DNA from: a virus | Direction: 5' to 3' (one strand) | Length of the DNA: 34,212 bases | Virus record (IMG/VR): IMGVR_UViG_3300045988_081598 | Shown: piece after piece, positions 21,471-29,055 of the stretch | How the letters are laid out: each line of letters opens with the position of its first letter | How positions within the stretch are numbered: position 1 is the first letter of the stretch | Position numbers and translations under genes: made by a program | The notes under the pieces: model-generated | The model's database searches: none | The model's input: the letters and a program-made list of their open reading frames with translations, nothing else | What the model was told of the DNA's origin: nothing

Positions 21471-22661
21471 TCACCTCTTTGTAACCAAGCTATAAAATAA
21501 TCGTTCAAACCTATAAGCTTGTTTTTCCATTAAATCTAAGTTTTGCTGAGCATATGCTTTGCCATGTTTCTTTAGCTGTAAAACGTGGCACTTTTCATGC
21601 AATATGGTTTTTACTAATTCCTCTTCAGAAGAAAATGCACTTGGGAACAAGTCTATTCTTCCTATGTTATTATAGTCTGTTGAGCCATAAAAAGGGAGTG
21701 CAAGGAGTTTTTCAGAACGCTGAATCTTAAAGGTTATTCCGCTAGTATCAATAGAATATTTTCTACATATGTTCAGAATTTCTCTTTTCTGCATTGGCAC
21801 TGTCAACGTTGAGAACGCACCTATGTTTTGCTCTTTTCGTTCAAGGTTTCTTCCTAATTTCATTATACCACTTTTTTTCGATTTGTCAATCCTGCTAAGC
21901 ACTTCTTTTTCCTTAGCTCTTGCCTGCTCAGGTGTGAGCCTTGTGACCTGCTTGCGTGTTTCGATCTCTTTGCCGTTTTGAACGTCTGAGTAGCTTATTT
22001 GGTCATATGTGCCTGCCTTTTCATTGACGTAGGTTATCTCACAGGTGCAGCGCTTATGCCGCCGCCACACGTCCTTTGGAACATCAGGATAGACGTACTT
22101 TCCTGCAAGCTTTGAACACCACGCACAGCATTTGCTGTGGTCTGAGCGGATAACGTACACCCTAAGTCCTGCTTTACTGCGAAAATCAGCATTTGTTTTG
22201 ACATAATCGGTAAAAATCGAGCCGTTTATGTTCTCAACTGACGCAGTGAACTCGCTGAGCGACGTCTTGTCGGTAAGTTCCTTTTGAGCCGTCACTTTTG
22301 CAAGATTTTCTATCCTCTCAGAGGGAAAATCTGCTCTTTGCGGCTTTATGCCTATGCCTGCCGCCTTATCAAGCTGTTTTTGGATATTCTCAGCCACAGA
22401 GTTTATAAGTTCGTAATTATCACCGAATATATCACCGAGTATCTCAGCAATAAGCTGTTCATCTGTAAAAGCCTTTGGACTTTCGCTTATGCTTTTCTCA
22501 AAGACTTTTTTCAGCACAGCTCCTGTTGCCTGTGCGAAGTCATCAACATCACTAAGATTTGCGTTACCGCTTTCAAGCCTTTTTATAATGCTCTGCAAAT
22601 GTTTGTCGCTTTTTGAAAGCTTGACAAGTTCGCTTTTTATTTTGTCTGAAAGTGCGCTCAT
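21471..22661 (-). CDS. MuF / SPP1 gp7-like head morphogenesis protein with an extra C-terminal HExxH domain
   Basis: MuF-type core (SDHSKCCAWCSKLAGKYVY...RRHKRCTCEITY), a Lys/Glu-rich linker, and then ~110 aa ending ...ILHEKCHVLQLKKHG... Confidence 0.75.
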   Translation of the reverse strand: MSALSDKIKSELVKLSKSDKHLQSIIKRLESGNANLSDVDDFAQATGAVLKKVFEKSISESPKAFTDEQLIAEILGDIFGDNYELINSVAENIQKQLDKAAGIGIKPQRADFPSERIENLAKVTAQKELTDKTSLSEFTASVENINGSIFTDYVKTNADFRSKAGLRVYVIRSDHSKCCAWCSKLAGKYVYPDVPKDVWRRHKRCTCEITYVNEKAGTYDQISYSDVQNGKEIETRKQVTRLTPEQARAKEKEVLSRIDKSKKSGIMKLGRNLERKEQNIGAFSTLTVPMQKREILNICRKYSIDTSGITFKIQRSEKLLALPFYGSTDYNNIGRIDLFPSAFSSEEELVKTILHEKCHVLQLKKHGKAYAQQNLDLMEKQAYRFERLFYSLVTKR

Positions 22662-23884
22662 TTGCCGTCACTCTCCATACCTGTGAGAGCCTTTATGTTT
22701 CTTGCACCAAGATAGTCAGGCACAGCCTGGTTTATCTTCAAGATAGCGTCGCCCACACCCGAGAGTGCCGCAGCGTCAGGCTCGAAGATAGGCAGCCATG
22801 CGACTTTTGTATCTCTGAACGCATCTCTTTGATATGCGTATCTGTCACGGATACAAACGGCAAGATAGCCCACATTGAGCAGACCTGTTCCGAACGTCCT
22901 CTGCGCCTTGCGTGCCGTTAATCGTAGGTTTTCATGACCTGCCTTGATAGCCTCTGCGCTGGAGGGGTTTTCGGTGGCAAAGCCCAAGTCATCAAGGGTC
23001 AGTCCTGTTTCTCCTGCGAACAGGCTTGCAAGTGTTCTCAGCTGTTCAGTATATGGCGTCATTGATTGCTGTTGAAACTGTCCTACAATGGGGTGATCGC
23101 CGTCGCCGTCTTTCGTGAAATTTAGAAAAGAGGATATCGTAGCAAGCCGGTTATTGAACTCTGCGTCCTCAGATAATCCAAGCACATATTTTTGAGGGAA
23201 GCTGTAAAATTCAGCCGACACCTCAGAGCGTTTTATAGTTCTGAGAGCTGTCTGTGTATAGGCAATGCAGGCTCTTGAAATACGGCTGTGACCGAACGGA
23301 CGCTTTGCGTCAGGACGATATATTATCGGCACGAGCAGTGCATATGGTGCAGCGTTTGGTATACGCTGAACAAGCACGCCATGGGAGTATATTTCCGTCA
23401 TGCCTGCCATGAAATAAGCCTCTGTCTTTACAACACCCATGCTGTCACGCTCAAGCACTGCATAGCCCTCGGTAAGCAGATTTGTCACAGGGTCAATGAT
23501 ACCGGTGGCATTTGAGCCGTCAATTACCTGCAGGCGAGGATAGCCGTTATCTTCTCGGATATAGACGAAAGAACACGCTGAGATAAGAGCCGAAAGCACC
23601 GCAGAGTCAATAAGTATATCCTGATTGTTTGACAAGAATATTTCGCTCAGATCAAATTCATCATTTTGAAATTCATCGAACTGCAAGCGGTCAGCAAGGC
23701 TATCGACTGCTTTCGCACACCAGCCAACAGTTTCCTTTAGCCCCTTGAATTTTTCGGGAGCAAGGCTCGAAAAGTCCTGTGCGTTATTTTTCATTTCGTA
23801 GTACTTATATCTCAATAGCACTCGTGTTTGTTTATCGGCAAGTCTGCGTCGCAGATAGTCAATTCCGTATATTTCGTTTGTCAT
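22658..23884 (-). CDS. Portal protein (SPP1 gp6-like)
   Basis: 408 aa, directly upstream of MuF. RBS AGGAG. Confidence 0.8.
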   Translation of the reverse strand: MTNEIYGIDYLRRRLADKQTRVLLRYKYYEMKNNAQDFSSLAPEKFKGLKETVGWCAKAVDSLADRLQFDEFQNDEFDLSEIFLSNNQDILIDSAVLSALISACSFVYIREDNGYPRLQVIDGSNATGIIDPVTNLLTEGYAVLERDSMGVVKTEAYFMAGMTEIYSHGVLVQRIPNAAPYALLVPIIYRPDAKRPFGHSRISRACIAYTQTALRTIKRSEVSAEFYSFPQKYVLGLSEDAEFNNRLATISSFLNFTKDGDGDHPIVGQFQQQSMTPYTEQLRTLASLFAGETGLTLDDLGFATENPSSAEAIKAGHENLRLTARKAQRTFGTGLLNVGYLAVCIRDRYAYQRDAFRDTKVAWLPIFEPDAAALSGVGDAILKINQAVPDYLGARNIKALTGMESDGK

Positions 23885-23985
23885 ATTTTTGCTCCTGTTT
23901 AAAATTCTGCGAGATATTTACACAATGAAGGCGTGAACGTGAAATTGCCCCTCAAAGGGGGTGGTATGCCCCCATATACTCAAAA

Positions 23986-24004
23986 AAATTCGTGGAAATT
24001 CGTG
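23986..24004. repeat. Direct repeat AAATTCGTG x2 (10-bp period) in the HNH-portal gap
   Basis: Copies at 23986-23994 and 23996-24004. It shares AATTCGTGT with the attP-side repeat at 7134-7142. Confidence 0.6.
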
Positions 24005-24005
24005 T

Positions 24006-24341
24006 TTAAATCGACTTCCAATCAAAAGTTTGCGGTAAAACACGGTTGGATACGGCTTCTACCTTTTGGTCAAACACCTGTTTTTCCACCAATTTGTCAG
24101 ATTTCTGACGATTGCAACACCAATGAGCAAGCTGCAGGTTTTCAAGGGCTGAGGGGTGACCGCCTTTTGCTATGGGTATGATATGATCTATGCAAGCTGA
24201 CAGTGGGTGTGGATACTTCAAGGAAAAATCAACAGGTTTTCCACAGATGCCGCAAACTGTTTGGGTAGCGTAGATTTTCTTCTTGTTGATACGGAACTGC
24301 TGTTGATGTGAACCGCTTCGGTCTGGTCTTGGTATAGGCAT
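24006..24341 (-). CDS. HNH endonuclease
   Basis: CGICGKPVD...IDHIIPIAKGGHP...NLQLAHWCCNRQK. Confidence 0.85.
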   Translation of the reverse strand: MPIPRPDRSGSHQQQFRINKKKIYATQTVCGICGKPVDFSLKYPHPLSACIDHIIPIAKGGHPSALENLQLAHWCCNRQKSDKLVEKQVFDQKVEAVSNRVLPQTFDWKSI

Positions 24342-24360
24342 AAGGTCACCTTCTCAATGC

Positions 24361-24386
24361 AAAAGCGACCGCAAAATGCAGCCGCT
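24361..24386 (-). terminator. Terminator-like hairpin upstream of the HNH gene
   Basis: The minus-strand RNA reads AGCGGCUGC-AUUUU-GCGGUCGCU followed by UUUGCAUU (9 pairs including 2 GU); the U-tract is short. Confidence 0.4.
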
Positions 24387-24389
24387 ATG

Positions 24390-24719
24390 TTATTTCTTTC
24401 CAAGCTTTATGAGCTTGTCGTTTGCTGTTGTCTTACCTCGCAATACGAGTCCATCTTTACCGATCGTGCCGTGATGAGTCTTCGTTCTTTGATAAATATC
24501 ATTTTTATCTGCTGATTGCATTCTGCCGCCATGAACTTTTTGAACAGTGGTTGCTCTTGAGTATTCAAACGAGATAGAACCGTCACCCTGCTTTTTAAAA
24601 ACAGGTTTTGAATATCCATTTTTTTTAGCAACATTTTCGAAACGTTTCATAACTGTTCGTTGCTCTGACGTTGTACCACTAGCAACACCTATTCCGCTCG
24701 AACTTCCTCTACCACCCAT
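24390..24719 (-). CDS. Hypothetical basic protein (MGGRGSSSG... N-terminus)
   Basis: ORF track, 109 aa. RBS AAGGAG. Confidence 0.6.
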   Translation of the reverse strand: MGGRGSSSGIGVASGTTSEQRTVMKRFENVAKKNGYSKPVFKKQGDGSISFEYSRATTVQKVHGGRMQSADKNDIYQRTKTHHGTIGKDGLVLRGKTTANDKLIKLGKK

Positions 24720-25386
24720 TTATCCTGGCTCCTTTCCATTTATCCTGAAACGCTTTTATGTGTACAATATTCCCCTTGCATTCGTCTGGAACATTGCCGT
24801 AAAACAATATAGTTTCCGGTCTAAGTTTTTCGCACATAACCTCATAACCTGATATGAATGCGGCTTTTGCAGCATTGTCATTCTGTGTTCCTATAGATGA
24901 TACTGCCACCGTGCCACCCTTAGGTTCTCCGTCAAAACACCATTTAAATGACTTTTCGTCGCTCCAACATATAGTTGGAATAACTTCAATTCCGTTATCT
25001 TCCCAAAACGCACCGAGCCAATGCTTGCGGTAATGATTGTATATCTGCATTGCTGTCGGAAAATCAGCATATAGTGAAAAATCAGGAGTAAGGACACATC
25101 TGAAACCTTTGAGAATATCAAGATAGGCGGTCGGATTGTTCCAAAGCCTGAGAAATTGATAATCATCAAGAAAGAAATGTACTCCCTTATTCTGCCTGTT
25201 CTTTGTCGTCTTTGCATAATTAAAGCCAATAAGTTCAGGAAAATCTGTAATCTTTGAGCCTGTCAGCTGAGGTATATCATATTTACCTGCACCAGCATAA
25301 AAGCCGTGCTGTAAATTTTCATAGCGTTGTTTATTATTCAATTCAGCACCGCCTTTTTTTGTTTTCCAACGCAAAAGGCACCCCAT
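24709..25386 (-). CDS. DUF4417-like protein (start uncertain; a TTG at 25341 is possible)
   Basis: The pattern GVHFFLDDYQF...LTPDFSLYADFP...IYNHYRKHWLGAFWEDNGIEVIPTICW matches DUF4417 as I recall it. The track ATG at 25386 sits in the loop of a terminator hairpin. Confidence 0.6.
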   Translation of the reverse strand: MGCLLRWKTKKGGAELNNKQRYENLQHGFYAGAGKYDIPQLTGSKITDFPELIGFNYAKTTKNRQNKGVHFFLDDYQFLRLWNNPTAYLDILKGFRCVLTPDFSLYADFPTAMQIYNHYRKHWLGAFWEDNGIEVIPTICWSDEKSFKWCFDGEPKGGTVAVSSIGTQNDNAAKAAFISGYEVMCEKLRPETILFYGNVPDECKGNIVHIKAFQDKWKGARINGW

Positions 25387-25395
25387 AGGAGTGCC
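25370..25395 (-). terminator. Intrinsic terminator between the late regulator gene and the packaging genes
   Basis: The minus-strand RNA reads GGCACUCC-UAU-GGGGUGCC followed by UUUUGCGUU (8-bp stem). Confidence 0.65.
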
Positions 25396-25434
25396 TCTTG
25401 TGAAAATATTTTAAGGAGTTTTGTAAATGGTGAA

Positions 25435-25508
25435 GCAGATGTTGAGCTGGCACGCTCTCGACCTGCATACGGAGCTTTCGCCCCGTCGGACTTTTTTATG
25501 GAGGTCCG
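25435..25508 (-). ncRNA. Structured non-coding leader with three helices, including a 7-bp GAAA-tetraloop hairpin; candidate regulatory RNA element
   Basis: Minus-strand hairpin ACGGGGC-GAAA-GCUCCGU (25486-25469), CGGAC...GUCCG (25508-25487), and nested GCAG/CUGC + GAGC/GCUC helices (25466-25435). No convincing ORF is present. Confidence 0.35.
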
Positions 25509-25525
25509 CAAAGAAACTTTTGCCG

Positions 25526-25999
25526 TTATGGCATATTATCATTATACTCTCTTGACAGGGGTGATACAAGGGCTTTTTCGGGTGTCTGATAAAATTTCTT
25601 GAACATTTTTATCGCATTCGGACCAAGCACCTTGCGAGTGTAATTTACCTCACGGTCAAGAGCCTCAGCTGTTCGTTCCCATGACATTCCGTTTATGTAT
25701 TTGTTGATTATCACCGCCGCAAGTCTGCTGTCAGGCATACTGTCCGTGATACACAATACATTGTATGACATCTGTTCGTAACTTTTGCAAAGCTTTTCAA
25801 GCTCCGTCTTATAGTCCGCTATCATCACAACGCTGTCTTCTATCTTTCTTGACGTGCCGCCTGTAAAGCTGGGCGGTATATCGGAGCTTTGCGGCGATGT
25901 ACTCTCAGCCCTTGCATAGCATTTTTCTATGGCACGCCTTATCGCCGATATACGCTTGTCTATATCCACCAGCTTGTTCAAATATTCTTCTGCTGTCAA
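25526..25999 (-). CDS. DUF1492 / ArpU-RinA-like late transcriptional regulator (sigma-70 region-4-like HTH)
   Basis: 157 aa with an N-terminal coiled segment. The C-terminus reads LAAVIINKYINGMSWERTAEALDREVNYTRKVLGPNAIKMF. TTG start after GAGGAGG. It sits at the head of the packaging block. Confidence 0.6.
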   Translation of the reverse strand: MTAEEYLNKLVDIDKRISAIRRAIEKCYARAESTSPQSSDIPPSFTGGTSRKIEDSVVMIADYKTELEKLCKSYEQMSYNVLCITDSMPDSRLAAVIINKYINGMSWERTAEALDREVNYTRKVLGPNAIKMFKKFYQTPEKALVSPLSREYNDNMP

Positions 26000-26002
26000 C
26001 CT

Positions 26003-26509
26003 CTATCCCTCCTCGATCATTCTTCCGCAAACAGGACAGAATTCAAAGCGGACTTCCTTGCCGTCTGCACCAAGCTTTTCGCTCCACTCTGTCACTCCAT
26101 TGCAGTATTCACAGCCTGCATATTCAGGTAAGTTTACTCCGTTATGTTTCGCAAGTCCCTCGTCGCAGAGTATCAGCTCCAGTGCCTGCAATGCGTATTT
26201 GAGCTTTTCTTCTCTGTCCTGCGTTTTGTTTATCTTCCAGACTGTTGTCTGCCCTCTGCGGATATTCTCCTGCATTATGCAGGCTTGTCTGAAAAACCTG
26301 CCGTTTCGCTCTTTGCTGTGAAGATATTCCCGCTTGTATTCCGCCTGCTTGTCCTCACATATCTCTTTTGACCCCCCCTCATGCCTGTTCTTGTAGCCAA
26401 GTCTTGATAACTGCGAGAAATACTTATATTCCTCAGCAGGATACTCGTCATAAATGAGCCTGCCGTCTATTGCCATATCTTCATATCGTGCGAACTCTTC
26501 TTGTGACAT
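26003..26509 (-). CDS. Hypothetical protein with a C-terminal zinc ribbon (CEYC...CPVC)
   Basis: ORF track, 168 aa. Confidence 0.55.
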   Translation of the reverse strand: MSQEEFARYEDMAIDGRLIYDEYPAEEYKYFSQLSRLGYKNRHEGGSKEICEDKQAEYKREYLHSKERNGRFFRQACIMQENIRRGQTTVWKINKTQDREEKLKYALQALELILCDEGLAKHNGVNLPEYAGCEYCNGVTEWSEKLGADGKEVRFEFCPVCGRMIEEG

Positions 26510-26545
26510 TCTTTTGAAATCTATCTTTATAGTTGGTACCCCCTT

Positions 26546-26565
26546 TGTGAAGGGTTGTGAAGGGT
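26546..26565 (+). repeat. Iterons: two tandem copies of TGTGAAGGGT (left arm)
   Basis: Copies at 26546-26555 and 26556-26565, read directly. They are followed by the small hairpin AAGGGT-TTGC-ACCCTT. Confidence 0.85.
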
Positions 26566-26644
26566 TTGCACCCTTTTTAAAGAATTCTTTCTTTATATAT
26601 ATTCTTTTTTATTTTCTAATACGAAAGGTTAGAAAACCCCTTCA

Positions 26645-26664
26645 ACCCTTCACAACCCTTCACA
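26645..26664 (-). repeat. Iterons: two tandem copies of TGTGAAGGGT in inverted orientation (right arm), plus a degenerate third copy at 26636-26644
   Basis: ACCCTTCACAACCCTTCACA is the perfect reverse complement of 26546-26565. The 79-bp spacer is AT-rich. Confidence 0.85.
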
Positions 26665-26675
26665 CTTACAATTAC

Positions 26676-28967
26676 TTACACATTATCAAGTGACAGTCCA
26701 TTGAAGTATATACCGCCCCTTGTTCTTACTTTCTCAAAGCGTTTTGCAAGCTCCATACCGAACTTTGTTGAACTCATACGATATTCATTGTTCTGCTCAG
26801 CCCAGTTAAGATACGCCGCAAAAAGCTGACTTGACTTAACGCTCAGACCCTTGCCCACAGTACACTTATCCTCAACAAATGCAGAGATAACGTCCATTTC
26901 ACGACGGTACTCCCTCACTTCTTCAAGAACGGCACGAGGCATTTTAAGCCCCTCTTTCTGCCACAGCAGACAGCCCTCGACCGCCCAGCGGAATATGCCC
27001 GTAAGCTCCGCCGACAGCTTGTATTTCAGCCTGCGGTCTATCTTTTCTTCGGGGATCTGCACAGTGAACGGTATCATATGTATCCTGCGCCATATGCCCG
27101 TATCCGTTCCTCTGATGACAGGCTTATGGTTTGTCGCCATCCAAAGTTTGAACTCAGGTTTGAACTCGAACTCGTCGCCGTAAAGCTTTCTTGCGGTAAC
27201 AGTATCATCGCCTGTAAGCTGTTTGAGCAGACCCTCGTTGATACGAACGCCCTCGTTAGGCTCAACGCTTGTCACGAGCCTTGCTCCTTTGAGCCTTGCG
27301 ATATCGCTGTTTATGGCGGTGCTCTGATTACTGCGCACCATAATAGTTTCAGGCTGGATATTTGCCGCATAGTCCCCGAAAATATCCCTTATGATATCAA
27401 TGAAAGTTGATTTGCCGTTTCGTCCTGTTCCGTATAGAAAGAACGCACATTGCTCGGTGGTCGAGCCTGTCAGGGAATATCCCACAGCTTTCTGAACGTA
27501 TCTGATAAGGTCTTTATCCCCTCTAAAAATGTCGTCAAGAAATGCAAGCCAACGAGGACAGTCGGCATTCTCTGAATACTCAACGGCTGTCATTTTCGTC
27601 AGATATGTCATAGGGTCGTGAGGAGATATGCCGCCGCTTCGCAGGTCGATAACTCCCCCAGGTGTATTGAGAACAGTTTTAAATCTGTCCATCTGAGCAG
27701 GCAGAACAGGAACGTGGTGCATGACCTCGCTTAGCATTGCGTTCTTTGATTTGTTAGAACGGCAGGACTTCATATGCTTTTCAAAAGCCTTTGCCATATC
27801 CGTTCCCTCGTCTGCGTCAAGCTGAGCGTACACTTTTGCCTCTGCCGCCATACAAGCCACAGCCTTGTCAGCAAGACGTTTAACTGTGCCTGTCATATCG
27901 GTACACCACTTTCTGCCGTCATACCAAAGCCAGCGTTTGTCTGTATAACAGTATCTCACCTGCTCGCCAAAAAGGTCAACAAAGCGTTCTGCGTTGCCCG
28001 TATCGTCAAATGAATAAAGTCTTGGCTTGGCTTCTTCCTGCTCCACAGCGCCCACAGAAATCGGCTCAGAGGGCGACTTGAAGTTAAGAGAAAATCCCCC
28101 TGCGAACTTTGGCGAATAGGTCTTGTCGCAATCTGCAATGGCTTTCTGAATGGTGAGTGCGCCATAGGTCGAACCGCTTTGCGCCCTGTCCCACTTTTCA
28201 CGCATAAGACCTGAGGAACGGAATATCATATCCATCTTCTCTGCGTCACAGCCTGTCCAGAAGGCAAGCATCGAGCAAAACGCCATATCAGCTTCACTCT
28301 GCGAAGCATATCCTGCGGTTCTTCCACTGTAGAGGGAAACGAACTTTCCTCCGTTCTTTGCACCTGCCGCCGCTTTGATTATCTGGTCTGCGGTGTCAAG
28401 TCTGACAGCAGGAACAGCCTTTGCCACAGGCTCGTGACCGCCGCCTATGTACTTTTCGTGCAATGGCTTTATGCTGTCGGAACACTCTGCGATACCCTCA
28501 TATTCTGAGCAGGAGTTGCCTGTCATAACGAAAAATCTGCCGTCCTCATACATCTCAACTGAGCCTTTGCGTCTGCCACGCTTTGGGAGCATTCCTCTGC
28601 ATATGATATGTATGCCCTTGCCCGATTGAGATATTTCAGTATAGCTTTGCAGGGTGGAGATAAATTCAGATATGATGTTGCCGTTTTCTCCCCTTTGGTA
28701 TGCCTCAAGCTCCTCCTCTTTGCCGTCAATGTCAACACCGAAATAGGGACAGCCACCGAACATAAATCCTATGCCCGAATGTTTTTCTGAGGCTCTCACA
28801 GCCGTATCGAAATCGCACCAAGTAGAGGGGTTATTTGACATAGCCCCTCCGCCAGTAAGTGCGTTTATCGGCACTTTCTTTATCTTCCCTCTCTTTTCAT
28901 CAGGCACAGCGTCCCAGCATATCCAGTTTGGCAGGGCTTTAATCTCCTGCGGTATTTGTTCGTACAT
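26676..28967 (-). CDS. Bifunctional primase-polymerase / D5-P4-type SF3 helicase (replication initiator)
   Basis: N-terminal prim-pol pattern (KKVPINALTGG...GIGFMFGG..YFGVDIDG) and Walker A (FFLYGTGRNGKSTF). The ATG at 28967 (MYEQIPQE) follows AGGAG; the ORF track starts at a GTG at 29012. Confidence 0.85.
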   Translation of the reverse strand: MYEQIPQEIKALPNWICWDAVPDEKRGKIKKVPINALTGGGAMSNNPSTWCDFDTAVRASEKHSGIGFMFGGCPYFGVDIDGKEEELEAYQRGENGNIISEFISTLQSYTEISQSGKGIHIICRGMLPKRGRRKGSVEMYEDGRFFVMTGNSCSEYEGIAECSDSIKPLHEKYIGGGHEPVAKAVPAVRLDTADQIIKAAAGAKNGGKFVSLYSGRTAGYASQSEADMAFCSMLAFWTGCDAEKMDMIFRSSGLMREKWDRAQSGSTYGALTIQKAIADCDKTYSPKFAGGFSLNFKSPSEPISVGAVEQEEAKPRLYSFDDTGNAERFVDLFGEQVRYCYTDKRWLWYDGRKWCTDMTGTVKRLADKAVACMAAEAKVYAQLDADEGTDMAKAFEKHMKSCRSNKSKNAMLSEVMHHVPVLPAQMDRFKTVLNTPGGVIDLRSGGISPHDPMTYLTKMTAVEYSENADCPRWLAFLDDIFRGDKDLIRYVQKAVGYSLTGSTTEQCAFFLYGTGRNGKSTFIDIIRDIFGDYAANIQPETIMVRSNQSTAINSDIARLKGARLVTSVEPNEGVRINEGLLKQLTGDDTVTARKLYGDEFEFKPEFKLWMATNHKPVIRGTDTGIWRRIHMIPFTVQIPEEKIDRRLKYKLSAELTGIFRWAVEGCLLWQKEGLKMPRAVLEEVREYRREMDVISAFVEDKCTVGKGLSVKSSQLFAAYLNWAEQNNEYRMSSTKFGMELAKRFEKVRTRGGIYFNGLSLDNV

Positions 28968-29036
28968 ATATCCAACTCCTAACATAAATTTTGAAAAGTC
29001 AAAGCCTTTCACTTATCCCCGAAAAGCACCCAAAAA

Positions 29037-29055
29037 GTTGCATTAAAAATGCAAC
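29037..29055. promoter_or_regulatory. Perfect palindrome GTTGCAT-TAAAA-ATGCAAC upstream of the primase-helicase gene
   Basis: Read directly. Additional TTGCA-containing partial palindromes occur at 29091-29106 and 29116-29133. Confidence 0.4.

Noticed and set aside
25430-25510. Structured ~80-nt segment tested by eye as a tRNA or tRNA-like gene
   Set aside because: It has no acceptor stem/T-arm geometry, no GTTCGAATC-type T-loop and no plausible anticodon arm. It is kept only as an unclassified structured leader.
26546-26664. Short repeats considered as a mini CRISPR array
   Set aside because: The repeats are 10 bp, tandem without spacers, and in inverted orientation. There are no cas genes. 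They are interpreted as iterons instead.
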